Assembly (NCBI RefSeq): GCF_004010195.1
Contig: NC_057749.1
Span: forward strand, 10,751,646-10,815,645
DNA from: Chiloscyllium plagiosum
Taxonomy: Eukaryota
DNA length: 64,000 nucleotides
Direction of reading: 5' to 3'
Positions within the stretch are counted from its first letter, which is position 1; every line of letters starts with the position of its first letter. This document shows positions 1-12,860 of this stretch, in pieces. The position numbers were made by a program, and so were the translations under genes. Under the pieces are notes generated by a model, which searched no databases, was not told the DNA's origin, and worked only from the letters and a program-made list of their open reading frames with translations.

Positions 1-111
1 GAAAGTACAGGGATAGGGAGGGGAGGAGGAGAGTACAGGGATAGGGATGGGAGGAGGATGGTACAGAGATCGGGAGGGGAGGAGGAGAGTACAGGGATAG
101 GGAGGGGAGGA
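1..111. repeat. G/A-rich minisatellite, ~28-bp unit, about 4 copies (truncated by window start)
   Basis: Unit GAGTACAGGGATAGGGAGGGGAGGAGGA repeated with few substitutions. Confidence 0.85.
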
Positions 112-569
112 CCAGTGGCTTTCCCCCCCTCGAGTATTTACACTGAGACTGATAGTAAGTATTCAAATGTCTCAGGGAATGAAGGGTAGAGGTGAGAATG
201 TGGAGCTGAGGCAGAGGATGAGGTGTGATTGGATCGAATGTTGGGTCAGGCTCAGTGGGCTGAACAATCTCCCAGAGTTCGTACTGAGTTTGCTCTGACA
301 GACAGCTCCAGAATGCTGACTGCCACACTGTGCCCGACATGCTAAGAAAGTGTCAGATGCTGAGGGGGAGACGTGGAGATAGCAGCCTTATCTCGACGAA
401 TGAGCTAAAGGGATGATGATCTTAATGTCCTTACGGCTTCTGTCTTGCCATTGAGTCATCGCTTTGCCGGAAGGATAGCTATTTCTGTCTCATCATGTTA
501 AATTCAATGATCTCATTTCTGCTTTCAATCAAAAAACGGAAGTGAATCCTTCAGGTTGTGAACCCAATC

Positions 570-1052
570 CCATTCCTTCTCTTTCTTTTGCTTTACTTGT
601 TGCATTCTCTGTCACCATGTCCTCTTTCCCCTTCCTCCACTCCAGTCTGACCATTTATTCTTTTGCAGTCTGGTAGTTAGACACTAAGTTGTTCTGCCAA
701 TTGAGACAAGACAGTCCTTCCTGGTAACCTCAGCCAGTGGAAATTGAACCCACAGCATTGTCATCATTTTTTAATGCAAGCCAGCTGTCCCACCAGCTGA
801 GGTAGCCAATCCCCATTGTCACATTCCAATCACTTAATCCGCACTATCAATCCCTTTCTCCCCCAGCACTCCATCCCCTGCACTGTTGCATAAATGCTGT
901 CCCCTTCCACACTTCACATCAACTCCGATGAAGAGTCATCTGGACTTGGACCATTAGCTTGCTCTCTGTCCACAGATGCTGTCTGACCAACTGTGATCCC
1001 CAGCGTTGGTTGCTTTCAGAACAGATTCCAGCATCTGCAGTAATCTGCTCCT
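570..1052 (+). mobile_element. Probable Penelope-like element 3' UTR remnant (family C type) with degenerate hammerhead, interrupted by a SINE fragment
   Basis: Pyrimidine-rich stretch, then CCGATGAAGAGTC-atctg-GACTT (924-946) and tail GATTCCAGCATCTGCAG shared with other copies in the window. Confidence 0.55.
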
Positions 1053-1739
1053 GTCAAACTATACAGATCGCATTTACCTGTACTTGGTCCATAGCCCACT
1101 ATGTCCTGGCATTTTAAGTGCTCGTCCAAATCATACCATGTGTTTTTTTTAACATTCTCCTGAGACGGTGAGCAGGTCCTTGGTTGAAAGCTTATCCTGG
1201 ATTACAAGAGGAATTGAGTGTAAAAGGAAGGACATAAAGCTTCAGTTAGCCAGGGCAATGGTTTCCAGTAGCGTGTCATGGGAATGGCCGAATGGTGCCG
1301 TGAAATTTGATACTAGGTTAATGAAAATCAATGTAAAACAAACATTGTTTCATATTAAACAATATTCAATAGTTTAAGTTGCCATTGTCCTGCTCTCCCA
1401 ACAGGGAGAGATGCCAGGTAGGTGTTTAATCTGAGGATCACCACACCTCAGGAAAGATTGAGAAGGGGCAGTCCTTCCTGGTAACCCCAGCCAGTAGAAA
1501 CTGGACCCACACACCATTGGCATAACTTTTCATTGCAAACCAGCTGCCCCCTCAGCTGAGGTAGCCAATCCCCATTTGATAGTTATGCCACCAGTGTCGC
1601 CAACGTGAACACAAGACATGATGCTTAGAAGCAATCGATTCAGCTGAAAAAAGTGGGAATGCTATGGAACTGTTTGTCTTATTGAATGTGCCATATTACT
1701 GTCAGGGTTGGAACCATTTATACAGATGCATTGGTGAGA

Positions 1740-2125
1740 GACTGGGGCTATTTTCCTTGGAGCAATAGAGGCTGAGGGGTGACCTTATAGAGGTTTGTGA
1801 AATTATAAGGGGCATGGATGGGGTAAATAGACAAGGTCTTTGCCCTGGGTGGGGGAATCCAGAACTAGAGGGCATAAGTTTAATGTGAGAGGGATAATTC
1901 TTTCACACAGAGGGTGGTACGTGTATGGGATGAGCTGCCAGAGGAAGTGGTGGTGGCTAGTACAATTACAACATTTAAAAGGCATCTGGATGGGTACATA
2001 AATAGGGAGGGTTTAGAGGGATATGGGCCAAATGTTGGCAAATGGGACGAAATTAATTTAGGATATCTGGTCAGCATGGACAAGTTGGACAGTAGGGTCT
2101 GTTTCAGTGCTGTACATCTCTATGA
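1740..2125 (+). mobile_element. CR1 (HER1-type) LINE 3' fragment
   Basis: ORF2 C-terminal peptides (LRGDLIEV, RVVRVWDELPEEVV, TFKRHLD) and 3' tail ending CTGTACATCTCTATGA. Confidence 0.85.
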
Positions 2126-2739
2126 TCACATCTTGAATACAGTGTGCAAGTTTTGATCTCCTTATTTAGGGTCAGTTAGTTCAGTCGGCTGGACAGCTGA
2201 TTTGTGATGTAGAGTGGTACCAACATCATGGGTTCAATTCCAGTATCTGCGAATGTTACCATGAAGATCCAACCTTGTCAAGCCCTACCCTCACCTAAGG
2301 TGTGGTGACCCTCAGGTTAAACCATCACAAGTTGAGTCTCTCTCTAATGAGAGAGCAGTCCTCTGGGCCAATGGTAATTTGATCTATTTGAGAAAGGATG
2401 TAAACACAGTTGAGAGGAGGTTTCTTGGATTGATCCCTGGATTGAGTAGATTGTCTTATGAGGTAGACTGGACTTGTTTTCACTGGAGTCTAGCAGGGCG
2501 AGGGGTGATTGAATGGAAGTTCTTAAGATTCTGAATGGTGACTGAATTGAAGTTTTTAAGATCCTGAATTGTCTTAACAAGCTGGACATGAAAAGGGTGT
2601 TTCTTCTTGTGCGTATTACAGGACATTGTTTTCAAATTAGGGGTCACCCTTTTAGGACAGACATGAGAGAGCATTTTTCTCTGAAAAGTTGTGTGACTTT
2701 GGAACACTCTGCCTCAGGAGGCAATGGGGGCAGAGAGTC

Positions 2740-2958
2740 GAGAGTGTGGTGCTGGAAGAACCCAGCAGGTCAGGCAGCATCTGAGGAGCAGGAGAATCAA
2801 AGTTTCAGGCAAAAAGACCTTCATCGGGCTTTTGCCTGAAACTTCGATTCTCCTGCTCCTTGGATACTGCCTGACCTACTGTGCTTTTCCAGCACCACAC
2901 TCTTGACTCTAATCTCCAGCATCTGCAGTCCTCACTTTTGCCTAAGTGAGGACTGCAG
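2740..2958. mobile_element. Short palindromic PLE derivative (family B)
   Basis: Inverted arms centred near 2825; tail CTCCAGCATCTGCAGTCCTCACTT; flanking direct repeat GCAGAGAGTC (2730-2739, 2955-2964). Confidence 0.75.
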
Positions 2959-3324
2959 AGAGTCAATGAATATTATTAAAGTCTATGGACAAATTCTTGT
3001 GAGGCAGAATAATCAAAGATTATCTCACAGATGGATAAGAAAATGGAACTCAAACAGAGCTTATTGATTGGTAGAGCAGGATTGAAGGGCCGAATGGTCT
3101 AGTCCTACTCCTAATTCATATGTTGGTGTGCATTTTTCAAGACATAGCACTGCTGACAATGTAGCACTCCCTCAGCGTTGCACTGGATTTTCAAAATGGA
3201 CACTGATGCTCTTGTCAAGTAACGGTGCTCAGTTGGCTGGGGATGACTGGTTTGTGATGCCAACAGTGTGGGTTCAATTCCTGCATTAGCTAAGGTTACC
3301 ATGACTCTCCTTCACAACACTGGC

Positions 3325-4640
3325 CAGTGGCTACTCTCTTGAATTTGTGGGATATTATTTGTGTCTTCCACCGTGAAGACTGACGCAAAGTACTTATTCA
3401 GTTCATCCACTATTTCTTTGTTCCCCAATACTGCTTCTCCAGCCTCATTTTTCAGTGGCCCAATGTCAACTTTTGCCTCTCTTTTGCCTTTTATATAAAT
3501 GAAGAAACTCTTGCTATCTTTTATATATTACTGGCTAACTTACCCTCATATTTAAACTTCTCCCTCCTTATTTCTTTTCTTGTTGTCCTCCGTTGGTCAT
3601 TGTAAGCCTCCCAATCCTCTGGCTTCCCACTGTCCTTTGCCACATTATATGTTTTCTCTTTTGTTTTTATGCTATCCCTGACTTCCCTTGTCAGCTACGG
3701 TTACCTCATCCTCCCTCTAGTATGCTTCTTCTTCAATGGGATGAATTTTTGCTGTGTCTCCTGATTACTCCCAGAAATTCCTGCCATTGCTGTTCCACAG
3801 TCTTTCCTGCTAAACTCCTATCCCAGTCAATTCTACCTAGCTCCTCTTTAATGCCTTTCTTCAGCTGTAATACCATTACATTTGATCCTACCTTCGCCCT
3901 CTCAAGCTACAGAGTAAATTCAATCATATTATGATCACTACCTCCTTCACCATCTTGCCATCTTGCAGACATTCCACAAATTCCCTTTCTTGTGATCCAC
4001 TGCTAACCTGGTTTTCCCAGTCCACCTGCATATTGAAATCCCCCATGATCTCTGTAACCTTGCCTTTCTTACACGCCTTTTCTATCTCTCAGTGTATCTT
4101 ATGTCTCAAATCCTGACTTCTGTTTGGCGGCCTGTAGATAACCCCCACTATGGTTTTTTTTTTACCTTTGCAGTTTCTCAACTCTACCCACACAGATTCT
4201 ACATCATCTGACCCTAACATTGTTAATTGCTTTTGAATTAGTTTCATTTCTTACAAATAAAACAACCCCACCCTCTCTGCCCACTTGCCTCTATCTTTTT
4301 GAGAGGATGTATATCTTTGGATATTTAGCTCCCAGTCCTGATCCCCTTGCAGCCACCGTGATGCCCACCGCATCATACCCGCCAATTTCGACCTGCGTCA
4401 CAATCTCATTTACCTTATTTCGTATACAGAGGAACCTCGATTATCCAGCATTCAATTATACGAATATCGGATTATCTGGCAAGGTTGCAAGATCCCGAAG
4501 CTCAGCTAAACTATGCTCTCCAGTATTTGTTTATCTGGAATTTGATTAACTGAACAAAATACTCCCTCCCATGTCCTTCAGATAATTGAGGCTCCACTGT
4601 ACTCCACGAATTCAGGTACACCTTCAGTCCTGTATTGACC
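3325..4640 (-). mobile_element. CR1 LINE internal ORF2 fragment (degenerate)
   Basis: Reverse complement resembles the CR1 ORF2 region also seen at 41620-42800; multiple stops and indels. Confidence 0.65.
4427..4599. mobile_element. Tc1/mariner/pogo-type MITE inserted in the CR1 fragment
   Basis: TA-CAGAGGAACCTCGATTATC ... GATAATTGAGGCTCCACTG-TA: imperfect ~19-bp TIRs with TA target duplication. Confidence 0.8.
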
Positions 4641-4801
4641 GTTCCTTTTCTTATTGTCATTCATTTATCCAATGAGCTTGAAGTTTGATTCTGAACCCTG
4701 ACATCTGAGAAGCCTAGTGAGTGTGCACGTAGATTTCAGTTCTGTGTGAATTTCCTGCCTGCTTTTAACCCTTTCTTTACCATTGTATGAATTGTACAGG
4801 C

Positions 4802-5218
4802 AAAAGTGAGGACTGCAGATGCTGGAGATCAGCGTCTAGATTAGAGTGGTGCTAGAAAATCACAACAGGTCAGGAAGCATCCGAAGAGCAGGAAAATCAA
4901 CGTTTTGGGAAAAAGGCCTTCATCAGGAATGAAGGCAGGGAGCCTCCGGGGTGGAGAGATAAATGGGAGGGGTGGGGCTGAGGAGAAGATAGCCAAAAGT
5001 ACAATAGGTGGATGGAGGTGGGAATGGAGGTGATAGGTCAGAGAGGAGGGTGGAGCGGATAGGTGGGAAGGGAGATAGGCCGGTAGGACACGTCATGAGG
5101 ACGGTGCTGAGCTGGAAGGTTGGAACTGTGGTAGGGTGGGGGGAGGGGAAATCAGGAAACTGGTGAAGTCCACATTGATGCCCTGGGGTTGAAGTGTTCC
5201 GAGGCAGAAGATGAATTG
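4802..5218 (-). mobile_element. PLE 3' end (family B) with C-terminal GIY-YIG endonuclease remnant
   Basis: Minus strand encodes QFIFCLGTLQPQGINVDFTSF, followed by 3' UTR, degenerate CCTGATGAAGG..CAAAACGT motif and family B tail. Confidence 0.8.
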
Positions 5219-5386
5219 TATGTCTACTTTAACCAATAAAGTTGATCGTTCGCTGATACAGAATTGACTTCCTCTTTGAGCTGAGCCAACGACTGTTGTG
5301 GAGGGCAACATCAACTTCGCCCCTGGTCTGGGGGGGGGGTGGAAATCCTTAGGTTGAACCCCCCACCAGTTGTTTCTCTATAATGA

Positions 5387-5560
5387 CAAAAATCACACCA
5401 CATCAGGTTATCATCCAACAGGTTTATTTGAAAACTCTAGCTTTCATCAGACAGCGTTCCAAAAGCCAGTGATTTCAAACAATCCCGTTGGGCTCTAACC
5501 TGGTGCCATGTGATTTTTGACCTTGTCCAACCTAATCCAACACCAGCTCCTCCACATCAT
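5387..5560. mobile_element. Short palindromic PLE derivative (family A), degenerate
   Basis: AAAATCACACCACATCAGG..GGTTTATTTG arm, inverted arm, and tail CCAACACCAGCTCCTCCACATCAT. Confidence 0.7.
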
Positions 5561-6389
5561 CTCCATAATGAGAGGGCAGCGCTATGCTCTGGTAAGACTT
5601 GAATCAAAGGCAACCCAAACTCTCGACATTAAATATCAGAGGGACAGTTTACAATTCCAAGTGTACTCCCCACCCCATACACTGCGCTGGTCAGGAAACC
5701 AATTCCTTAATCTTTACCAATCCTGCGACAGCTCCACTAAAACAAAAGCTAAACAAGTAGCAATTGTTCACTTCTTTTAAATGCATTCAAAGCATATTAC
5801 AAGCATAATCCTGAGTGAGTTACACCACGCCTAAGGCTGGATAATAGGATTTAAAAAGGGAGCATTCAAGTGTGGCATTGTGGATACAGAATGCGGTGTA
5901 GGATGGGATTATATTCTAAATGAGTTCAGTTCACAAATTAATGATGCAGCAAGGACTGCAAATTCCAGTAAGGAGATTGGATTGGAGTCTTGCCAATTAA
6001 TTTTATTTTAATGTTTAAAATATCTGTAACCTAACTCCAAGAAAAAATTATCTTTCTCATGAAAGATCGCCTGTCCGAATTCACAAAAGGTGACCAGTAA
6101 AAGTGCCAAGAAATCGAAGTTCTCCCGAAGCCAGAAGCATTTCTCACACTCTATGAGAAAATGGCACACATGTTTTCAGACTTCACATCCCCACTCTTAA
6201 ACTCAGTATTTTTGCCTCCTGAATTTATTTTCCTTCAGTGATGGAAGTGGTGGAACATTGTAGTTATGCCAAAGGCTGATGTTATGACAAGTTGTGACAG
6301 TATACTTTCCTGCCTTTGCATGTTCTAAGGCTATTCCATAACTCCATTCAAATGCTGGGGAAGATTATACTGCCTTCCGGAGCAACGGC

Positions 6390-6445
6390 AGAAAGAAAAA
6401 AAATTAGAAGAAGGAGACAGAGAGAAAAGGAAACGGATGGAGGAC

Positions 6446-6476
<31 letters not shown>

Positions 6477-6705
6477 ATGAAAGAGAAGAGGAAGAAAATG
6501 AGAAAAGACAGGAGCAAAGGGAAGGAGAGAAGAAAAGTGAGGGTGGAAAGGCCACAGGAGGGAGAGAAGGAATGTTTAAAAGGTGACGAACAGAGACATA
6601 GAATGGAGAGGAGAAAAGAGGGAGAGAAAGGATAACTAATGGCTTAGAATGAGGGAAAGGAGTGAAATGGGTGCTAGAGGGGAGAGTGGGTGTTGAAGGC
6701 AAGGA
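6390..6705. repeat. GA-rich low-complexity / (GA)n microsatellite
   Basis: Purine-rich run including (GA)n at ~6446-6468. Confidence 0.85.
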
Positions 6706-9202
6706 CAGAACCGGTGAGTGAGTAGCAACAGTTTAACAAAAAGGGGAGGGCCGCAAGACAGAAGGCCACATGACAGGAGACAGCGTGGTGGTTAGTGGAA
6801 TGAGAGTGCAGAAATGAACCCAGTGCAATACTGGCTTGCTGAAGTAAGGTGTTTATGAAAAGCTGAAGTAATGTCCGTCAGTACTTGCAGGAGGGTCGTT
6901 TCCAAGCATCTAGGGGAGCAGATTCCCACGAAAGCAAAGCGAACTGACAGAAATGTGAGCAGTCTTTGGGGCAATCCATGACTGTGGCTCTTGGAGGAAA
7001 TGTCAACAGTCAAGATATAGAATCCCTTGTGAGGTTTTAATGAGATTTGTTGGCCCACTGTGTAACTAACACCTGGAGGATCGCTGACAAATCCGTGAGA
7101 TCTACCTCAATCGCATTTGATTCATTCTGTGTGACATTTGAACATAGCATGTCTGTTACCCTGTTTTGCCTCATGTTAAGTTTGGGATATAAATCATATA
7201 GAGTATTAGGGGAATGGGTCTGACCCTCCTTGGAGGGTCAGTGTGGACTGCTGGGCCGAAGGGCCTGTTTCCATATTCTAAGGAATTTATGATTCTAAAA
7301 TATCCATCCTTGCACAGTCAATCTTTGGTGTTGATAAACCAGTCATATTCGTTTGAGTGAGATCTTTTGTAGTAACTCCACTGTTCCTTGCTGACTATAA
7401 AATATTACTGAATCATAGAATACCACAGTGCAGAAAGAGGCCATTCAGCCCATTGAGTCTGCACCAACCTTTTGAAGAGCATCCCACCCAGCCCTGCCCC
7501 ACAATTTCCCTGTAACCCCACATTTCCAATGGCTATCCCCCCTAGCATACACATCCCTGGATACTAGACACAATTTAGCATGGCCAATCCACCCCAATCT
7601 GTATATCTTAATTGACTTAATTGTCTCACTAATTAGTCAATCAATTTAACCTGCAATCTTCATTAATCAACCCAGTTGACTCATTTCTAAACCTCAACTT
7701 AATAAAGTCTGAGGCCTATATAGTAGGCCACATTGCAGCTCTGATTAAATTTAAATATCACTGTGCCTAGCAAAGACCAGAAAGAAATCAGTGCCCTTTC
7801 AATCATAACATCTACAATTAACAAATTACACGATTAGGAATATGTCTACATTCTATCAAAGATAGATTTGTTACGCTAGATTTGTTGACATGTTGCTAAT
7901 TGTTTACAACACACTTGTAAAACATAGAATCTAGGATCAGGAGAAGGCCATTCAGCCCTTTGAGACTACTCCACCATTCAATATGATCATGACAAACCCT
8001 CTATTGCAGTTACGTGTTCCTGCTTTCTCCCAATACCCAGTGATGCCTTTAAAATCTAAAAATGTAAGGGATTGTTCAAAGTTTTGCTTCACTTGCTATT
8101 TATGGATCAAACAAAATCCTTTGGGAATCAAGAATTATGGGGAAAGGATAGGAAAGTGTCCAATCAGCCATGATCCTATAGAATGGTGGAGCAGACTCGA
8201 GGGGCCGAATGGCCTACTCCTGTCCCTGCTTCTTATGGTCTACACTTGAGCTCAGGCAAACTTTCGACATGACTTCATTTGCTCAGGCCACAAACCCAGC
8301 ACTGAGGTCTATTTTTTCCTCAGCGCAGGGTCGAATTTCACCTGGCTAAGAACCGGCCAAGTTCCGGAACATTCCACCGGCACGGTGAAGGCTGCTTTGG
8401 GCCAACTTCGGCTCACGTTCAGGTGGCAGTCCCTTCTGTTGACGCTTTGTTCTCCCAAATGCGGCCAACTTCCTGTTGGCCACTTAATCTCACATAATCT
8501 AGACAGTGGGTCCCTTACTGTGAAGAAGCCACAATGCTTTCAACTACAGAGCTCGAATGACTTTTGAAGAACCGTTCTTTGATTCCCACTGCTGATACAC
8601 GAGATAAATAATGGATATACTTGTCTAATCAAAGCCGTTTGAGAATGTGACCTTCCCATTTCACGCAGACAGTCCCTACCCTGCCTCTCTCACACACACA
8701 CACAAAACTATATATTTGATTATAATATCAAGGGTTATGAGGAGCTAAAGACAAACTTGGTTCAATTAAATTTCACTCGATAGTTGTTGGTAAGAGTTTC
8801 TCTCTTTCTTTGTTTATAAGCCGCCCCCGGGAGCAATGATTTGTAATGTTTTATAGCACCTGTTCAGGGGAGTGATGATTACATTCAGAAAAGGCCGCAC
8901 TGTTGAAAGATTTATGAGAGTTTGTGCATTGTTAAAAATTCATGATCGGTGGCAGGCTGCATCAAAGCACTGATTTCATCAAATTCCAACCGGGGGCGGT
9001 TCTCAGTTTCCAAGACCAAACCTCCCAAATTAACTGAGCAAAGAGCTGCATTGGCATTTTCTTTAAATTGCAACTGCATTGAAAATATTGAAGTTATTCT
9101 GAAAACGGAGAGCACCAGCCAATATTAAATGATTCCCAATCGGAAAGGAAGACTTGCAATTGGACAGCATCTCCATGAATTACTTCAGTGTGCCAGGAAT
9201 AT

Positions 9203-9495
9203 GGGTGGCACAGTGGTTAGCACTGCTGCACCGGAGTCCCAGATTCGATTCCAGCCTCGGGAGACTGTCTCTGTGGAGTTTGCACATTCTCCCCATGTCT
9301 GCGGGAGTTTCCTCTGGGTGCTGCGGTTTCCTCCCACAATCCAAAGGTGTGCAGGTTAGGTGGATTGGCCGTGCTAAATTGCCCGTAGTGTTCAGATTAA
9401 GAGCACTAGACTTGGGTCTGGGTGGGATACTCTTCGGAGGGTTGGTGTGGGCTTGTTGGGCCAAATGGCCTGTTTCCACACCGTAGGGATTCTAA
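9203..9495 (+). mobile_element. HE1-type tRNA-derived V-SINE
   Basis: A-box GTGGCACAGTGG, B-box-like ATTCGATTCC, V-domain TGTGGAGTTTGCACATTCTCCCC, CR1-like tail GGCCTGTTTCCACAC. Confidence 0.85.
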
Positions 9496-10094
9496 GAATT
9501 GCTTGGAAATCCCATAGGAAGGAAAAGATGGCAGCCATTTTGCACACAGAGGGATCCCCCTACTGACTGGTCAGCTTTTTGGTGTGCTGGAAGGAATGCT
9601 TCAGAGAACCACAAACAAGATATTGTATGTATGTTTGAAACTGTGGAATAGACGGAATGAGCACCAGTCTGACACTGCACTGTAAGACAAAAGGGCATCA
9701 CTGACAGTGCGGTACAGCAAGATCCCACAAAGGACAAGGCAATCAAGATGGATAGTCCATTCCAGTGATTGTCAGGCATGTCAAGATCATGCCAGGACAC
9801 CACTCGTTTCCGAATTAGTTTCCATTTGGAATCTTTAACATCCTTCTGAAAAGACAAACAGGAACCTTGGTTGCAGCAGCTCACCAAACCTCGGGCACCC
9901 CAAACAAGACAGCACTCCCTCACTACAGCAGGAAGCTGCCTATTATTCTAGTCACTACATTATTTTTCTCAGGGAGGGAACACCCTGTGGCCTTCCAGTA
10001 AGAACTGCAAGATCCTTATGGAGAATGTTTCTTCTTTGTGGAGCTAGTGTTAATTTTAGTCATATTGTTATGATTTACAAGTGTAGGGCATTTG

Positions 10095-10505
10095 TTAATC
10101 AAGTCTGGAGCATCGGAGACTGAGGGGTGACCTGATAGAGATTTGTAAAATCATGAAGGGCATGGACAGGGTAAATAGACAAGGTATTTTCCCTGGGGTG
10201 GGGGAGTCCAGAACTAGGGGGCATAGGTTTAGGGTGAGAGGGGAAAGATATAAAAGAGACATAAGAGGCAACTTTTTCACACAGAGGGTGGTGCGTGTAT
10301 GGAATGAGCTGCCAGAGGAAGTGGTGGAGGCTGGTACAACGACAACATTTAAGAGGCATTTGGATGGATATATGAATAGGAAGGGTTTGGAGGGATATGG
10401 GCCGGGTGCTGGCAGGTGGGACTAGATTGGATTGGGATATCTGGTCGGCATGGACGGGTTGGACCGAAGGGTCTGTTTCCATGTTGTACATCTCTATGAC
10501 TCTAA
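10095..10505 (+). mobile_element. CR1 (HER1-type) LINE 3' fragment
   Basis: SRTRGHRFRVRGERY...FFTQRVVRVWNELPEEVV; tail GGACCGAAGGGTCTGTTTCC...CTATGACTCTA. Confidence 0.9.
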
Positions 10506-10844
10506 GTCCCTAGGGCAATTATAAAGAGGGACTTCCCAGTTTGGAGAGGAAGGGCATGTCAGAAGGGCTCACCGTAGACAGGTTGGCTCCAAGGCCTGAC
10601 TAAGGTGTCAATAAGCAGGCGTAGGCCATCAAGAGGATCAGAGTATCAGACGGCCCAGCTCTCTGCTGTGGTCACACTAGAGCTCAGATATGTAAAGAGT
10701 CCAGTGGTCAGCTTCAGGTTGCAAGGGCTGGTGTCCATTGCCACCCCAATTTGATGAGCTTCCTTTGAATCTTTCACACCTGCTACAGAGCCACTTTTAA
10801 GAGATGTCACATTTTTGATTCGGTTTAATTATAAGGATTTTTTT

Positions 10845-11156
10845 TAGATTAGATTAGATTACTTACAGTGTGGAAACAGGCCCTTCAGCCCAACAAGTCC
10901 ACACCGACCCTCCGAAGAGCAACCCACCCAGGCCCATTCTCCTACATTTACCCCTTCACTTAACACTACAGGCAATTTAGCATGGTCAATCACCTAACCT
11001 GCACATTTTTGGTCTGTGGGAGGAAACCGGAGCACCCAGAGGAAGCCCACGCAGGCACGGGGAGAATGTGCAAACTCCACACAGGCAGTTGCCTGAGACA
11101 GGAATTGAACTCGGGTCTCTGGCGCTGTGAGGCAGCAGTGCTAACCACTGTGCCAC
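10845..11156 (-). mobile_element. HE1-type SINE
   Basis: Near full-length reverse copy with (TAATC)n tail. Confidence 0.9.
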
Positions 11157-11172
11157 ATATAAAGAGAGATGA

Positions 11173-11279
11173 GGAGAAAGTGAGGACTGCAGATGCTGGA
11201 GATCAGAGCTGAAAATGTGTTGCTGGAAAAACGCAGCAGGTCAGGCAGCATCCAAGGAACAGAAGAAGGGCTTATGCCC
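11173..11279 (-). mobile_element. Truncated PLE family B insertion with 14-bp TSD
   Basis: AAAGTGAGGACTGCAGATGCTGGAG end; ATAAAGAGAGATGA at 11159-11172 and 11280-11293. Confidence 0.8.
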
Positions 11280-11512
11280 ATAAAGAGAGATGAAGCAAGC
11301 ATGATACATGGTCAGTGTGACCAGCTGTCATGTGAAAGATTGGGGTTCAGTTCCTTGACCGGGAGAAATTGACATCTGCTGGGTTACCCATCATAGACGG
11401 GGCCAGTTTTTACTCCTTTAAAGGCAAGTTCCTCCGTTAATTTGATTAACTGTCATTAATTAGATTTTTCAAAGACAATCAAAAGATTACAAAGACACAG
11501 GCACCACCAGTA

Positions 11513-12265
11513 TAGATTAGGACTCTTTGTAGTGCAGTGATAGCAGCTGTGATAGTGATAGTGACTGGGAGACCTGGATTCAAATCCCACCAGCTCCCGA
11601 AGTGTGTGCAATAACACTCTGAACAGGTTGGTTATGAATATAGGTTACATGTTTAAAAAGAAAAATTAGATTAGGACTGTGTAAAGAAGTTCTTGTGGTG
11701 CAATGGGAATGTCCCTACCTTTGAGCCACGAGACCCAGTTTAAAGTCACCCCTGTAACATTTCTGAACAGGCTGACTATAAAATAGGTTTAAAAAAATAG
11801 ATTAGGATTGTTCAGTTTTGAATCAGCTGCCCAAACGTTTACTGGTGGTTAAAACAACAAAAAAAAAGGTCCTGGTGATTGGATGGTGGGAAAGACAATC
11901 AGACCTGAGTGATAACACTTGCAGATCAATAAAAAAATAGATTTGGACTCTTGCAGCACAGTGGTAGTGTCCCTATCTCTGAGATAGGATGCCCAGGTTC
12001 AAGTCCCATCTGCTCCAAAGGTGTGTCATAACACCTCTGAGCAAGTTATAAAATCAAAGAGGCGTACAGCATGGAAACAGACCGTACAGTCCAACTCGTC
12101 CATGCCAACCAGCTAACCTAATCTAGTCCCGTTTGCTAGCACTTGGCCTATATTCCTCGAAACCCTTCCTATTCATATATCCATCCTGATGCCTTTTAAA
12201 TGTTGTAATTATACACCTCCACCACTTCCTCTGGCAGCTCATTCCATAATTTGATTGGAAAATAT
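11513..12265 (+). mobile_element. Cluster of three short tRNA-derived SINE copies (third interrupted by a reverse CR1 tail at ~12055-12250)
   Basis: Repeated A/B-box heads (..GCAGTGGTAGTGTCCCTA.., GGTTCAAGTCCC) followed by TAACA..TCTGAACAGG. Confidence 0.65.
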
Positions 12266-12599
12266 CAATAATGTTGTACATCTGTCAGCCAGCCTATCAT
12301 CGAGAAGAGTATTAATGCCCTGCCTCTATACCCCATCACTGCTTTAGGAGTGAATTAATACCCTCAGCTATTCCCAAATTTCCTTATTGATACCCCTGCC
12401 CCAGGATAATTCCCCCCATGAGTGTCCACTTTAATCACTGAGGACAATGGGTGGGTCCTCAGTTTAATATCACATTACAACAACAACTCGGGTTTTTATG
12501 GTGGGATGGAAGATTGTGAGGGATATCAGAGAAAGACTGGCACTTAGCCATATGAGCAGACACTCAGCAAAATGATCAATCAAAAAACTATTTGCTGAA

Positions 12600-12860
12600 G
12601 AGGGTCTGGAGGAGGAAAGAGAGAGAGTGGGAAAAAAGGCGAGGTGAGAGAGAAGAGAAAGAGAGAGGGAGAAGGAGAGAGAAAGTGACAGAGAGAGGGA
12701 CGAGAAAAAGAGAGAGCGAGATATAGAGAGAGATAGAGAAGGGATGAGAGAAACAGACAGACAGAGATAGGGAGAGAGAGAGGTTGAAGAGAGAGAGAGA
12801 CAGAGAAAGAGACAGAGACGGGGGTGAAAAGAGAGAGAAGGAGACATAGCGGGGGGAGGT
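12600..12860. repeat. GA-rich low-complexity repeat
   Basis: Degenerate (GA)n/(GACA)n tract; explains the Leu/Ser-rich ORF 12470..13045. Confidence 0.85.
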
